Shown here: positions 1-9,333 of the stretch, piece after piece
How positions within the stretch are numbered: the first letter of the stretch is position 1
How the letters are laid out: each line of letters begins with the position of its first letter
Source of the DNA: an uncultured Clostridia bacterium
GTDB lineage: Bacteria; Bacillota; Clostridia; Christensenellales; UBA1242
Reading direction: 5' to 3'
DNA: 64,000 bases
NCBI GenBank assembly: GCA_944350085.1
Contig: CALVNY010000017.1
Coordinates: 126,690-190,689 of the forward strand
Notes under the pieces: model-generated
The model's input: only the letters and a program-made list of their open reading frames with translations
What the model was told of the DNA's origin: nothing
Database searches by the model: none
Translations under genes and position numbers: made by a program

Positions 1-188
1 GACAATAGAATTTTACTATAATATGCAAGTGATGTCAAGAGAAAAAATGCATTTTTTACTCATTTTTTATATGATATTTTTTCGCTAATAAAAGTTAAAA
101 AATAACAAAATTTTACAAAGGTTCTTATTTTTTTTAAATCGTGTTATGATAAAATTTTTTTAAACATTTTAATAAGGAAACTAGTGAT

Positions 189-500
189 ATGCGAATTAAA
201 AATAGATTATATAATAACACATTATATATTATGTTATGTGGCGAACTTGATGAGTGTTCGGCAAACTATACAAGAAGTTTGATTGATGATTTGTTGGATA
301 ATAGTGAAATCTATAAACAGGTTATTTTTGACTTGTCTGAATTGGAATTTATGGATAGCACTGGAATTGGTGTGTTGATAGGCAGGTACAAGAAACTAAA
401 AAATAAAAATATACCAATTTATATATGTAATGCATCAAATCATGTTGAAAAAATTTTTAAAATGAGTGGGCTATATGAAATTATGCCTAAAATTAGCTAG
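189..500 (+). CDS. spoIIAA: anti-sigma-F factor antagonist SpoIIAA (STAS domain)
   Basis: 103-aa ORF with the STAS anti-anti-sigma pattern, including the phosphorylatable Ser context FMDSTGIGVLIGRY. First gene of a spoIIAA-spoIIAB-sigF triad. AAGGAAA lies upstream of the ATG. Confidence 0.9.
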   Translation: MRIKNRLYNNTLYIMLCGELDECSANYTRSLIDDLLDNSEIYKQVIFDLSELEFMDSTGIGVLIGRYKKLKNKNIPIYICNASNHVEKIFKMSGLYEIMPKIS

Positions 501-509
501 GAGCAAATT

Positions 510-956
510 ATGATTTATAGAAATGAAATGAAATTAAAAGTAAAAGCATTAAGTGAAAATGAAAGTTTTTGTAGAGCATGTGTTGCAAGTTTTTGTTCAT
601 CATTAATTCCGTCAATAGAAGAATTAAGCGACATAAAAACTGCCGTAAGTGAAGCAGTAACAAACTGTGTTGTTCATGCATATCCAGTTGAAAAAGGTTT
701 TATTGATATTAGTGTAAAAATAATCGGTAGTTCTGTGTACATAACCATAGCAGACAATGGTGTTGGCATTGAAAATGTTGAAAAGGCAAAAGAACCTTTT
801 TACACAACAATAAAAACGGGCGAAAGAAGTGGCATGGGATTTTCAGTAATGGAAAGCTTTATGGATTCTGTTGTGGTTAAATCTGAATTGGGCAAAGGTG
901 TTACAGTTACTATGATTAAAAAAATAGGGAGTAATGCTTGTGCCATAGGGGGATAA
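510..956 (+). CDS. spoIIAB: anti-sigma-F factor / serine kinase SpoIIAB
   Basis: 148 aa with GHKL-type kinase boxes (EAVTNCVVHAY, DNGVGI, GMGFSVM). AGGAG SD. Starts 10 nt after spoIIAA. Confidence 0.9.
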   Translation: MIYRNEMKLKVKALSENESFCRACVASFCSSLIPSIEELSDIKTAVSEAVTNCVVHAYPVEKGFIDISVKIIGSSVYITIADNGVGIENVEKAKEPFYTTIKTGERSGMGFSVMESFMDSVVVKSELGKGVTVTMIKKIGSNACAIGG

Positions 957-957
957 A

Positions 958-1683
958 ATGTTAAGTGGTGCCGAAACATTATTGTTAATAAAGCGTGCAC
1001 AAGAAGAAGATAACACTGCAAAACAACTACTTGTTCAAGCAAATTCTCCATTAATAAAAAGTGTTATAAAAAGATATATAAACAAAGGTGTAGATTATGA
1101 AGATTTATATCAACTAGGAAGTTTGGGATTTTTAAAAGCCATAAACAATTTTAATGAAAGTTTTAATGTAAAATTTAGCACTTATGCTGTTCCTATGATT
1201 GCTGGCGAAGTTAAAAGGTATTTAAGGGATAATGGCATAATTAAAGTTTCTAGAAGTGTTAAGGCGTTATCTATTCAAATATCAAAGTTTGTTGAAGAAT
1301 ATTACAATAAAAATTTAAAATCTCCAACATTAGATACGATTGCTAAAAATTTTGATGTTTCCATTCAAGATGCAGTTTTTGCAATGGAAAGCAGTAGAAT
1401 GCCTGTGTCATTATATCAACCTGTAGGAGATAATGATGGAAATAAAGAACTTACATTGATTGACAAACTAGATGATGGCAACTCTATTGACAAAGAACTA
1501 GACAAAATGCTTTTATATAATATTATTAAAGATTTGAATCCCAGAGATAAAAAAATAATTATACTAAGATATTTTAGAGATAAAACGCAAAGTGAAATTG
1601 CAAAATATTTGGGAGTGTCACAAGTGCAGGTTAGTAGATTAGAAACAAAAATATTAAAAGAAATAAAATCTAAACTAGAATAA
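958..1683 (+). CDS. sigF: sporulation sigma factor sigma-F
   Basis: 241-aa sigma-70 family protein. Region 2 is DLYQLGSLGFLKAINNF...YAVPMIAGEVKRYLRD; the region 4 HTH is QSEIAKYLGVSQVQVSRLE. Position directly after spoIIAB. Confidence 0.9.
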   Translation: MLSGAETLLLIKRAQEEDNTAKQLLVQANSPLIKSVIKRYINKGVDYEDLYQLGSLGFLKAINNFNESFNVKFSTYAVPMIAGEVKRYLRDNGIIKVSRSVKALSIQISKFVEEYYNKNLKSPTLDTIAKNFDVSIQDAVFAMESSRMPVSLYQPVGDNDGNKELTLIDKLDDGNSIDKELDKMLLYNIIKDLNPRDKKIIILRYFRDKTQSEIAKYLGVSQVQVSRLETKILKEIKSKLE

Positions 1684-1739
1684 AAAAGACAACTAAATGT
1701 TGCCTTTTTTATTTTTTTCTTAAAAAGAATTAAAAATTA

Positions 1740-4073
1740 TTAAGCAGATATTTTTTCATCATTACTATCCGATTCGTCATCAATTATTTCTTCTAAATCT
1801 TTTTCATCTTCAAAAAGTTTATCTTCAACGATTTCATCTTCATCAATATTTTTATCTTGTTCAATATCATTAACTTCATCACTATTTAAGTTTTCATCAA
1901 TGTTATTTTTTTCATTTTCTTCTATAGCAATTTCGCTTTCTGCATTAGTTTGTATATTTGCAGAATTTTCGGTTTCGTTTAAATCTTGTTCAACCAACTT
2001 GTTGTTTATTAAGTCTTCATCTTCTTCGTTATCTAAAATATTTTTATTATTTTCGTTAAGATTGTTTGTGTTATCATTATCAGAATTTTCATCATTTAGT
2101 TCTTCATCATTTGTTATATCTTCTATTGTTTCCATTGTTGAAACATCTGAAATGTTGGATTCGGTATTGCCATCAACCATAACAGGTTTTTTAGAGTCTG
2201 AATTCATATTTAATGTGTTAATGCCATTGTTGACTGTTCCGTTATTTATCATATCAATCAATGTATTTTTTCCATAGGTGTTTATGTTTTTATCGGTTCT
2301 TTGAAAATTATTTTGTTTATAGTAATCAACATATCCGTTACCATTTGCATAGCCAGAACCATTGCCATTTACTCCATTATTTGTGCCGTTGTTTAAGTTG
2401 TTTTGCGTTATTATTCCATTTTGGAAAGTTCCATTTGGGGCATTAACATCATCACCATAAATCGGTAAGTTGTTATTTATTGCAATTCCATTTTGCACAT
2501 TGTTGTTGACATTATTTTGATTGTTTAATTCATTATTGTATAAGTTATTGGTATTATCTATATTGTTATTGTCATTAACCATTGCATTTTGGTTATTTTT
2601 TACATTTTCATTTTCTTTTTTAAATGTGTCAATATTTGTGTTTTTTTGATTGTTTAAATTATTTTCATTTTCTATATTATTTGTTTTATTTGCCACATTG
2701 TTTGCGTTTTTATAGGTGTCAATATTAGTTTTGTTTATATTGTTATTTGTTAAATTTGAAGATTCTGTGCTTTGATTAATGTCTTCAAAATTATAATCAA
2801 TTTGAAGTTGTGCTTCTTTTAAAATGTAATCAATTTGATTTAAAGTTGCAAGTGCGCTTTTAAAATAAGTTATTCTTGCATCTATATGATTTAAAATTTT
2901 TAAATAGTTGCTGTTAATAATGTCAACGCTTTTAGACAAACCATAATTTGAACTTATTGTGCTAATATTATTAATTTCATTATTTAATTGTCCATTACTT
3001 GCTTTAATTCTTTTTATAGTTGTTTTAATATCTTGAACATAATTATTAAGTGCAATTAATTGTTGATTGTTTGGAACAATTTCGCCATTAATCATTTTAT
3101 TATTTATTGTTTTTAAATTTTCAATGCAATTTAATAATTCGGTTTTTTCATCACTCAAAATATTGTTTGCTTCAACTACATCTGCAGTCATTGTGTATAA
3201 TTCTTGAACTTTATATAAATAATTGTTTAAAGTGTTTTGTGCAATATCTGTATTATAGTTGCTTGCGTATCTAGGAACATATCTAATTTTATCAAATAAG
3301 AAAACATAAACTCTTTCTTTTTCATCGCTACTCATTTCTTCATCATTTATGGTGTTATTAAAAATTTCATCTAATGTTTCTTGTGGTATGTTTTCATTTT
3401 CACTTGTTCCGTTTTCGTCAATTAATGTGCCATCTCCATTTTCATCAATAATTAAAACATCATTTAATTCAGTGTTGCTATCAATATCATCTTCAAATAT
3501 TACATCAACATTTGTTTTGTTAGATTCAATATTTTCTTCTTGTTTAAGTTCTGTGTTTTCTTCATTTTGAATTAATGTGCTATTATCTTCTTCATTTATA
3601 TTAGTTTGTTGTAAATCATCTTCGTTATTTTCTGTTTGATTTTCTTCGTTTGTAGTTTCATCTAAATTATTTTCTACATTGTTATTTAAATTTTCATCAT
3701 CAACATTTTCCAAATTTTCAGCTTCTTCGTTTTCATCAGTTAGTGTGTAAATAACATTATTTTCATTGTTTGAGTTATCTTCTGTTGTTATTTCAACTTC
3801 ATCAATTTTAATTTCTTTTGCTTCTTTTCTTTCAGGTAGTGCAATACTTCTGCTTATAACATTGGTTTTAGATGTGTTTTCAATTTCATATATGTCGGGG
3901 TTTGCAATATAACTATTGTCAATAGTGTCTAAATTAGAAACTGTATTGTATAGTGATGTTAAATTTTTATCAATATTTTTTCCTACAGCAGTTGGTGTGG
4001 AATTATTTGTGCAACCATATAGATAGCACAAACACAAACTAAATAAAATTGTTAATGCAATAAATTTTTTCAT
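1740..4073 (-). CDS. large Asn/Asp/Glu-rich lipoprotein, function unknown
   Basis: 777-aa uninterrupted ORF. GGAGG SD (rc of 4083-4087). N-terminal signal peptide with lipobox LCYLYG/C. A central block of ordinary composition (YVPRYASNY...EAQLQIDYN) is flanked by low-complexity N/D/E-rich segments. Confidence 0.7.
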   Translation of the reverse strand: MKKFIALTILFSLCLCYLYGCTNNSTPTAVGKNIDKNLTSLYNTVSNLDTIDNSYIANPDIYEIENTSKTNVISRSIALPERKEAKEIKIDEVEITTEDNSNNENNVIYTLTDENEEAENLENVDDENLNNNVENNLDETTNEENQTENNEDDLQQTNINEEDNSTLIQNEENTELKQEENIESNKTNVDVIFEDDIDSNTELNDVLIIDENGDGTLIDENGTSENENIPQETLDEIFNNTINDEEMSSDEKERVYVFLFDKIRYVPRYASNYNTDIAQNTLNNYLYKVQELYTMTADVVEANNILSDEKTELLNCIENLKTINNKMINGEIVPNNQQLIALNNYVQDIKTTIKRIKASNGQLNNEINNISTISSNYGLSKSVDIINSNYLKILNHIDARITYFKSALATLNQIDYILKEAQLQIDYNFEDINQSTESSNLTNNNINKTNIDTYKNANNVANKTNNIENENNLNNQKNTNIDTFKKENENVKNNQNAMVNDNNNIDNTNNLYNNELNNQNNVNNNVQNGIAINNNLPIYGDDVNAPNGTFQNGIITQNNLNNGTNNGVNGNGSGYANGNGYVDYYKQNNFQRTDKNINTYGKNTLIDMINNGTVNNGINTLNMNSDSKKPVMVDGNTESNISDVSTMETIEDITNDEELNDENSDNDNTNNLNENNKNILDNEEDEDLINNKLVEQDLNETENSANIQTNAESEIAIEENEKNNIDENLNSDEVNDIEQDKNIDEDEIVEDKLFEDEKDLEEIIDDESDSNDEKISA

Positions 4074-4193
4074 TTTTATTCCTCCGTTTTATTTAGTTTG
4101 CGATTTTTTAATAAAATTATTTATAAAACATTTATTTTTTTGTTTAATGTTTATTTTTTTGTAAATTATTTGTAAATAAAAGGGGAGAAATAA

Positions 4194-4640
4194 ATGGATG
4201 TTAAAGAAAGAAACAAAAAATACAATGAATATGTTGATGCAAAGGTTCCAAAAACAAAAAATTTCCCAACATTAATTTATGCTTATTTAGTTGGTGGTGT
4301 AATTTGTATGATTGGACAAGGAATACAAGATATTTTGCTTGCACTATTTCCAAGTTTAACATTGGAAGATGCTGGTGCATGGATGTTGATTATACTTATA
4401 TTTTTTGCAAGTTTATTAACAGGGCTTGGTTGGTATGATAGGATTGGGGTTTTTGCTGGGGCGGGATCAATTGTTCCAATTACTGGTTTTAGCAATTCTA
4501 TTGCTAGTCCTGCAATTGAATTTAAAAAAGAAGGCATTATATTTGGGTTGTGTGTTAAGATGTTTTCTATTGCTGGACCTGTTATTGTTAATGGGGTTGC
4601 AATTTCAGTTTTAGTAGGAATAGTATATTTATTTTTATAG
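4194..4640 (+). CDS. spoVAC: stage V sporulation protein AC
   Basis: 148-aa multi-TM protein with the SpoVAC/SpoVAEB family signature GAGSIVPITGFSNS. GGGGAG SD. Followed by spoVAD and spoVAE. Confidence 0.9.
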   Translation: MDVKERNKKYNEYVDAKVPKTKNFPTLIYAYLVGGVICMIGQGIQDILLALFPSLTLEDAGAWMLIILIFFASLLTGLGWYDRIGVFAGAGSIVPITGFSNSIASPAIEFKKEGIIFGLCVKMFSIAGPVIVNGVAISVLVGIVYLFL

Positions 4641-4658
4641 GAGAATGTGGAAGAAATT

Positions 4659-5669
4659 ATGAAAGTAGGTAATCAAACGATAGTTTTTAAAAATAAACCA
4701 AAAATTATAGGAAGTTATAGCGTTGCAGGGGAAAAAGAAGGGTATGGCAATTTTAAGGAATACTTTGATTATGTTTTAAAAGATGATAAATTTGGTGAAA
4801 AAACTTTTGAAAAAGCAGAAAGAAAGATTATTGAACACACCATTTTTAAGGCTATTGATAGTGCCAATTTAACTGTTGCTGATATAGATTTGTTGGTTAG
4901 TGGTGACTTACTTAATCAAATAATTTCTTCGAGTTTTACCGCAAGGCACTTTGATTCAACATTTATTGGGTTATATGGAGCATGTTCAACCATGGCTGAA
5001 AGTTTAGCAATTGGAGCGTGTATGGTTGATGCTAAGCATTTTATAAATGTTGCTTGTGCAACAGGAAGTCATTTTAGCACAGTTGAAAGACAATATAGAT
5101 ATCCTTTGGAATTAGGAAATCAAAGGCCACCAGTTTCACAATGGACAGTAACAGGTGCTGGATGTTCAATTTTAAGTTTAAAAGGAAAAAGCAACATAAG
5201 AATTTCTAGTGCCACATTTGGTAAAGTAACTGATTATGGAATTAAAGATGCAAATAACATGGGTGCAGCAATGGCACCTGCTGCTATGCGTACAATAATA
5301 ACTCATTTTGAAGATACAAAATCTAAGCCTGAGGATTTTGACTTAATTTTAACGGGAGATTTAGGCAAATTAGGAAGTGAAATTTTTCTTGATTTGATGG
5401 AACACCATGGTTATAAACTTGGGAACAATTATAATGATTGTGGACAAATGATATACAACAATAACCAAAAAACATTTCAAGGTGGAAGTGGTGCTGGTTG
5501 TAGTGCTGTTGTACTAAATAGTTATATTTTTAAAAAATTGCAAGAGGGAACATTTAAAAAGGTTTTATTTGCAGCAACAGGTGCATTGCTTAGTCCAATT
5601 AGTAGTCAACAAGGTGAAAGCATACCTGGAATTTGTCATGCAATTGTTTTAGAAAGGAGTGATGATTAA
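4659..5669 (+). CDS. spoVAD: stage V sporulation protein AD (thiolase-like fold)
   Basis: Typical SpoVAD sequence (GLYGACSTMAESLAIG, GGSGAGCSAVV). The ORF opens at GTG 4647, but the AGGAGA at 4639-4644 fits ATG 4659 better. Confidence 0.9.
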   Translation: MKVGNQTIVFKNKPKIIGSYSVAGEKEGYGNFKEYFDYVLKDDKFGEKTFEKAERKIIEHTIFKAIDSANLTVADIDLLVSGDLLNQIISSSFTARHFDSTFIGLYGACSTMAESLAIGACMVDAKHFINVACATGSHFSTVERQYRYPLELGNQRPPVSQWTVTGAGCSILSLKGKSNIRISSATFGKVTDYGIKDANNMGAAMAPAAMRTIITHFEDTKSKPEDFDLILTGDLGKLGSEIFLDLMEHHGYKLGNNYNDCGQMIYNNNQKTFQGGSGAGCSAVVLNSYIFKKLQEGTFKKVLFAATGALLSPISSQQGESIPGICHAIVLERSDD

Positions 5670-5670
5670 T

Positions 5671-6036
5671 ATGTGGTTAATGTATTTAAAGGTGTTTTTG
5701 GTTGGTGGATTTATTTGTATGTTAGGTCAAATATTGATTATCAAAACTAATATAACAAGTGCTAGAATTTTAGTGTTGTTTGTTGTGATTGGGGCTTTAC
5801 TTGAAGCGTTTGGGCTATATGAACCGATAGTTACATTTGCAGGAGCAGGGGCAACTGTTCCAATTACTGGTTTTGGAAGAAGTTTGGCCAAGGGGGCAAT
5901 TCAAGCAGTCAAAGAAAAAGGGATTTTGGGCATTTTTACAGGTGGGCTTACTGCAACAGCAGGAGGAATTGCCGCAGCAGTAATTTTTGCTTATATCTTT
6001 GCTTTAATTTTTAGTAGTAAAACAAAAAAGTTTTAA
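5671..6036 (+). CDS. spoVAE: stage V sporulation protein AE (SpoVAEB type)
   Basis: N-terminus MWLMYLKVFLVGGFICMLGQ and motif GAGATVPITGFG match SpoVAEB. AAGGAG at 5654-5659 favours ATG 5671 over the GTG 5659 of the ORF track. Confidence 0.85.
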   Translation: MWLMYLKVFLVGGFICMLGQILIIKTNITSARILVLFVVIGALLEAFGLYEPIVTFAGAGATVPITGFGRSLAKGAIQAVKEKGILGIFTGGLTATAGGIAAAVIFAYIFALIFSSKTKKF

Positions 6037-6058
6037 GAATTACTTAAAACCTTTTTTT
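6030..6058 (+). terminator. intrinsic terminator after spoVAE
   Basis: Stem GTTTTAAG (6030-6037) / CTTAAAAC (6043-6050) with a 5-nt loop, followed by CTTTTTTTG. Confidence 0.6.
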
Positions 6059-6122
6059 GTTTTTTAATGTATAAAATCAATTTGTTAGCATTAACATTAT
6101 TAATTAAAACATATAATTTAGT

Positions 6123-6809
6123 ATGTCAGTATTTACTTTGATTTTTAAAACTAAAAAATATATAAAAAGGCATAGAAAAAAACTAGTAGTTTTTTTAGTG
6201 TTATTTTGTATTTTCAATGGTATTTTTTATTTTTACAAAAATAACATAAATTCAATTATTAATGAGACTATTGATGTTAAGTGTAAGGCTCTTGCTGTAA
6301 AAGCAATGAATAATGCAATAAGCGAAATTGTTATGGATAACATAATCTATGAAGATTTAATTAATATTGTAAATGATGAGTCTGGAAATATTGCTTTAAT
6401 TACAGCAAATGCTATTGAAATTAATAATTTGTCAAAAGATTTATCTCAACAAACAGAAATTTATATTAATAATTTGGGAAATTCGGGTGTTAAAATTCCT
6501 ATTGGAAATTTTACAGGCATTCCACTTTTTGTAGGGCTTGGCCCAAATATTAATTTAAAAGTAAAACCTGTTGGTGCAGTTGTTTGCAGATTTTCAAGTA
6601 AATTTGAAAGTGCAGGTATTAACCAAACAAACCACAAAATTTATTTAACTATTTCTAGTTCAGTAAGTACTGTTTTACCACTTGTTACAAGCAAAGTTCA
6701 AGCAGAGCAAGAGGTTTTAATTTCTGAAAGCATAATAATTGGCAAAGTTCCAGAAGTGTATTTGTATTCAGACCAATTAGACACATTATTAAACTTTGTT
6801 CCATATTAA
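6123..6809 (+). CDS. yunB: sporulation protein YunB
   Basis: 228 aa with an N-terminal TM helix. The block VKPVGAVVCRFSSKFESAGINQTNHKIYL matches the YunB signature (SKFESAGINQT). The in-frame stop at 6114-6116 fixes ATG 6123 as the earliest possible start. Confidence 0.85.
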   Translation: MSVFTLIFKTKKYIKRHRKKLVVFLVLFCIFNGIFYFYKNNINSIINETIDVKCKALAVKAMNNAISEIVMDNIIYEDLINIVNDESGNIALITANAIEINNLSKDLSQQTEIYINNLGNSGVKIPIGNFTGIPLFVGLGPNINLKVKPVGAVVCRFSSKFESAGINQTNHKIYLTISSSVSTVLPLVTSKVQAEQEVLISESIIIGKVPEVYLYSDQLDTLLNFVPY

Positions 6810-6864
6810 TAAATAATTATTGTTAAAAAACTCCTTTTGTGATACACTACATAGGGAGTTTTTT

Positions 6865-8007
6865 ATGATATATTTAGATAATGCAAGTACAACCAAAATG
6901 TATGATGAAGTTATTGAAGAATATAACAACATATCGAAAAACAATTTTTTTAACGCATCAGCACTTTATAACAAAGGTTTGGAAAGCAAAAACTTAATAA
7001 ATAAAAGTAGAAATACAATTTTAAATTCGCTTGGGGCAACAAATTTTGACCTTGTTTTTACAGGTTCTGCAACAGAAGCAAACAATATGGCAATTTATAA
7101 TTTTTCTAATAGGAAAAATAAAAATTTTGTTTTTTCAATGGCAGAACATCCAAGTGTATTTAATGTTGCAAAAGACTTACAAAACAAAGGAATTGAAGTT
7201 AGGTTTGCAAAATTAACAAAAGAAGGTGTTGTTGACAAAGAGCATTTTAAAACATTGATTGATGAAAACACTTGTTTTGTTTCAATTATGAATGTGTGTA
7301 ATGAAACAGGTGCAGTAAACGACATTAAAGAATTAGTTAAAATTGCAAAAAGTATCAATAAATCATTAATTTTTCATAGTGATGGAGTGCAAGCATTTTT
7401 AAAGATTCCAGTAAATTTAGATAATTTGGGAGTAGATATTTACACAATATCATCACATAAGGTTAATGGACCAAAAGGTGTGGGTGCACTAATTGTGCGA
7501 AAAGGTTTAAATATAAACCCATACATTATTGGTGGTGGGCAAGAAAATAATAAAAGAAGTGGCACCGAAAATGTTGCTGGAATATGTGCATTTGGCAAGG
7601 CAGTTTCAATTAATTTTTTAAAGTTAAAGAGTGATTATGATAAAATCAGAAACTTAAAAAAATTCTTTTATAACGAATTAAAAAACATTAAAAATTTTGT
7701 ATGTTATACTTACAATGAAAGTTTTTCTCCATTTATTTTAGAGGGTAGTTTTTTAGGTGTAAAGGCTGAAACAATGTTGCATATGCTAGAAGAATATGGA
7801 ATTTTTATAAGCAATGGCTCAGCATGTTCATCAAAAAAACAAGGTAATAGAATTTTAGAGTCAATGGGGTTAAACTTTGCTGAAATAGAAAGCAGTGTTA
7901 GATTTAGTTTTGATTACGATACAAAAATTGATGATTTAAAGTACGCTTTAGAATATATAAAAAAGGTAAATGAAAATTATTTAAAAATTACAAATAAAGG
8001 AAAATAA
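6865..8007 (+). CDS. cysteine desulfurase (class V aminotransferase, NifS/IscS-like, paired with thiI)
   Basis: N-terminus MIYLDNASTT, PLP-lysine context SSHKVNGPKG and the active-site Cys loop SNGSACSS. GGGAG SD at 6854-6858 supports ATG 6865 rather than TTG 6820. Immediately upstream of thiI, as in Bacillus nifZ-thiI. Confidence 0.85.
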   Translation: MIYLDNASTTKMYDEVIEEYNNISKNNFFNASALYNKGLESKNLINKSRNTILNSLGATNFDLVFTGSATEANNMAIYNFSNRKNKNFVFSMAEHPSVFNVAKDLQNKGIEVRFAKLTKEGVVDKEHFKTLIDENTCFVSIMNVCNETGAVNDIKELVKIAKSINKSLIFHSDGVQAFLKIPVNLDNLGVDIYTISSHKVNGPKGVGALIVRKGLNINPYIIGGGQENNKRSGTENVAGICAFGKAVSINFLKLKSDYDKIRNLKKFFYNELKNIKNFVCYTYNESFSPFILEGSFLGVKAETMLHMLEEYGIFISNGSACSSKKQGNRILESMGLNFAEIESSVRFSFDYDTKIDDLKYALEYIKKVNENYLKITNKGK

Positions 8008-8008
8008 T

Positions 8009-9187
8009 ATGTGTGTTACAACTAAAAAAGCAATAATTTTAAGATATTCCGAAATATATTTAAAAGGAAAAAATAGAGGTTTTTTTGAAAAAGTTTTATT
8101 AAATAATATTAAACAAAAATTGCAATCTTTTAAATATGAATTGACAAGAATTAGTGGAAGATACATAATTACAGATTTTGACGAAATATTTGAAGAAAAT
8201 ATTATTAATTCTCTTGTTAAGGTTTGTGGACTATATAGCATAAGTTCTGCACTACAAGTTCCAAATGCTAGTTTAGAAGATTTAATTTCAGTTTGTAAAA
8301 AAATAAAGATTGAAACTGAAAATTTTAGGGTTACAGTTAATCGTGCTAATAAAAATTTTAGAGTAAATAGTACAGAATGCTCAAAAATTTTAGGTGAAGC
8401 AGTTTTAGAAAATAATGAAGGGTTAAAAGTTAATTTAACAAGTCCACAAACAGTTTTAAATGTTGATTTAAGAGAAAATGGTGATGCTTTTATATTTTAC
8501 AACTCTATTAAAGCAGTTAATGGAATGCCAGTTGGAACAAGTTCAAAAGGATTACTACTTTTAAGTGGTGGAATTGATAGCCCTGTTGCTGGATTTATGA
8601 TGGCAAAAAGGGGAATGCCTATTGAAGCAATTCATTTTTATAGTTTTCCTTATACTAGTGAATTAGCAAAACAAAAAGTTATAGATTTAGCAAAAATTAT
8701 GAGTGAATATACTGGAAACATAAAAATTCATATGGTTAAATTTACTCATGTTCAAGAAAGTATACACGAAAATTGCAATCCGGAGTATATGATTACTTTA
8801 ATGCGTAGGATAATGATGCGTATTGCAGAAAAAATAGCAAAACAAACTAGTTGTAAGGCAATTATAACAGGAGAAAGTTTGGCACAAGTTGCTTCACAAA
8901 CTATTGAAAGCATAACAGTTACAAATGATGTTATTAAAACAATGCCTGTTCTTCGTCCACTTATTGGAATGGATAAAGATGACATAACAGAAATATCAAA
9001 AAAGATTGGGACTTTTGAGACATCTATTCTTCCATACGAAGATTGTTGCACAGTGTTTTTGCCTGAACATCCAATAATTAAACCAAAGATGGATAAAGTT
9101 TTAAAAGAAGAATCTAAATTAAATATTGACGAGTTAATTGTTGAAGCTTTAAATAATACTGAAATTATTGATGTAAATAATTTGTAG
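8009..9187 (+). CDS. thiI: tRNA 4-thiouridine synthase ThiI
   Basis: N-terminus ILRYSEIYLKGKNR, a THUMP region, and the PP-loop LLLSGGIDSPVAG. Confidence 0.92.
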   Translation: MCVTTKKAIILRYSEIYLKGKNRGFFEKVLLNNIKQKLQSFKYELTRISGRYIITDFDEIFEENIINSLVKVCGLYSISSALQVPNASLEDLISVCKKIKIETENFRVTVNRANKNFRVNSTECSKILGEAVLENNEGLKVNLTSPQTVLNVDLRENGDAFIFYNSIKAVNGMPVGTSSKGLLLLSGGIDSPVAGFMMAKRGMPIEAIHFYSFPYTSELAKQKVIDLAKIMSEYTGNIKIHMVKFTHVQESIHENCNPEYMITLMRRIMMRIAEKIAKQTSCKAIITGESLAQVASQTIESITVTNDVIKTMPVLRPLIGMDKDDITEISKKIGTFETSILPYEDCCTVFLPEHPIIKPKMDKVLKEESKLNIDELIVEALNNTEIIDVNNL

Positions 9188-9195
9188 AATATAAA

Positions 9196-9228
9196 AAAAG
9201 TTAAATGCATATCATTTGACTTTTTTTG
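9196..9228 (+). terminator. intrinsic terminator after thiI
   Basis: Imperfect hairpin AGTTAAATG / CATTTGACT followed by a T-run. Confidence 0.5.
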
Positions 9229-9333
9229 TTTATTTTATTAAAATCATTAATGTATAATAATATTTAAAAATTTATACAAAATTTTTTAATATATAAAATG
9301 TACAATTAAAATTTAATAAAGGAGTAATAAGAA

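Noticed and set aside
1-188. Sigma-H/Spo0A-type control region for spoIIAA, and sigma-F/G promoters upstream of spoVAC (4074-4193).
   Set aside because: Only weak partial matches were found (TGtTATGAT at 142-150, TAGCGAA-like 0A half-site near 80-90, GTTTA...GTAAATAAA near 4148-4180). In DNA this AT-rich I cannot distinguish them from chance without position-weight matrices.
1900-3570. Plus-strand ORFs (125, 61 and 73 aa) inside the lipoprotein gene, and a 106-aa ORF at 17776-18096 inside the PadR-like gene.
   Set aside because: They are products of the low-complexity, repeat-like coding DNA on the opposite strand (Ser/Phe/Leu-rich translations) and have no independent signals.
6825-6864. 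Hairpin AAAAAACTCC...GGAGTTTTTT between yunB and the cysteine desulfurase gene, whose 3' arm contains the GGAG SD.
   Set aside because: It has only four G:C pairs and a 20-nt loop. It may simply be a weak yunB terminator. Evidence is insufficient to call SD-sequestering regulation.
8752-9210. 152-aa minus-strand ORF inside thiI. Similar antisense ORFs occur at 800-1051, 4283-4537, 11830-12156, 31224-31577 and 56918-57196.
   Set aside because: All are antisense or out of frame within well-supported genes, lack recognisable motifs and SDs, and are treated as shadow ORFs.
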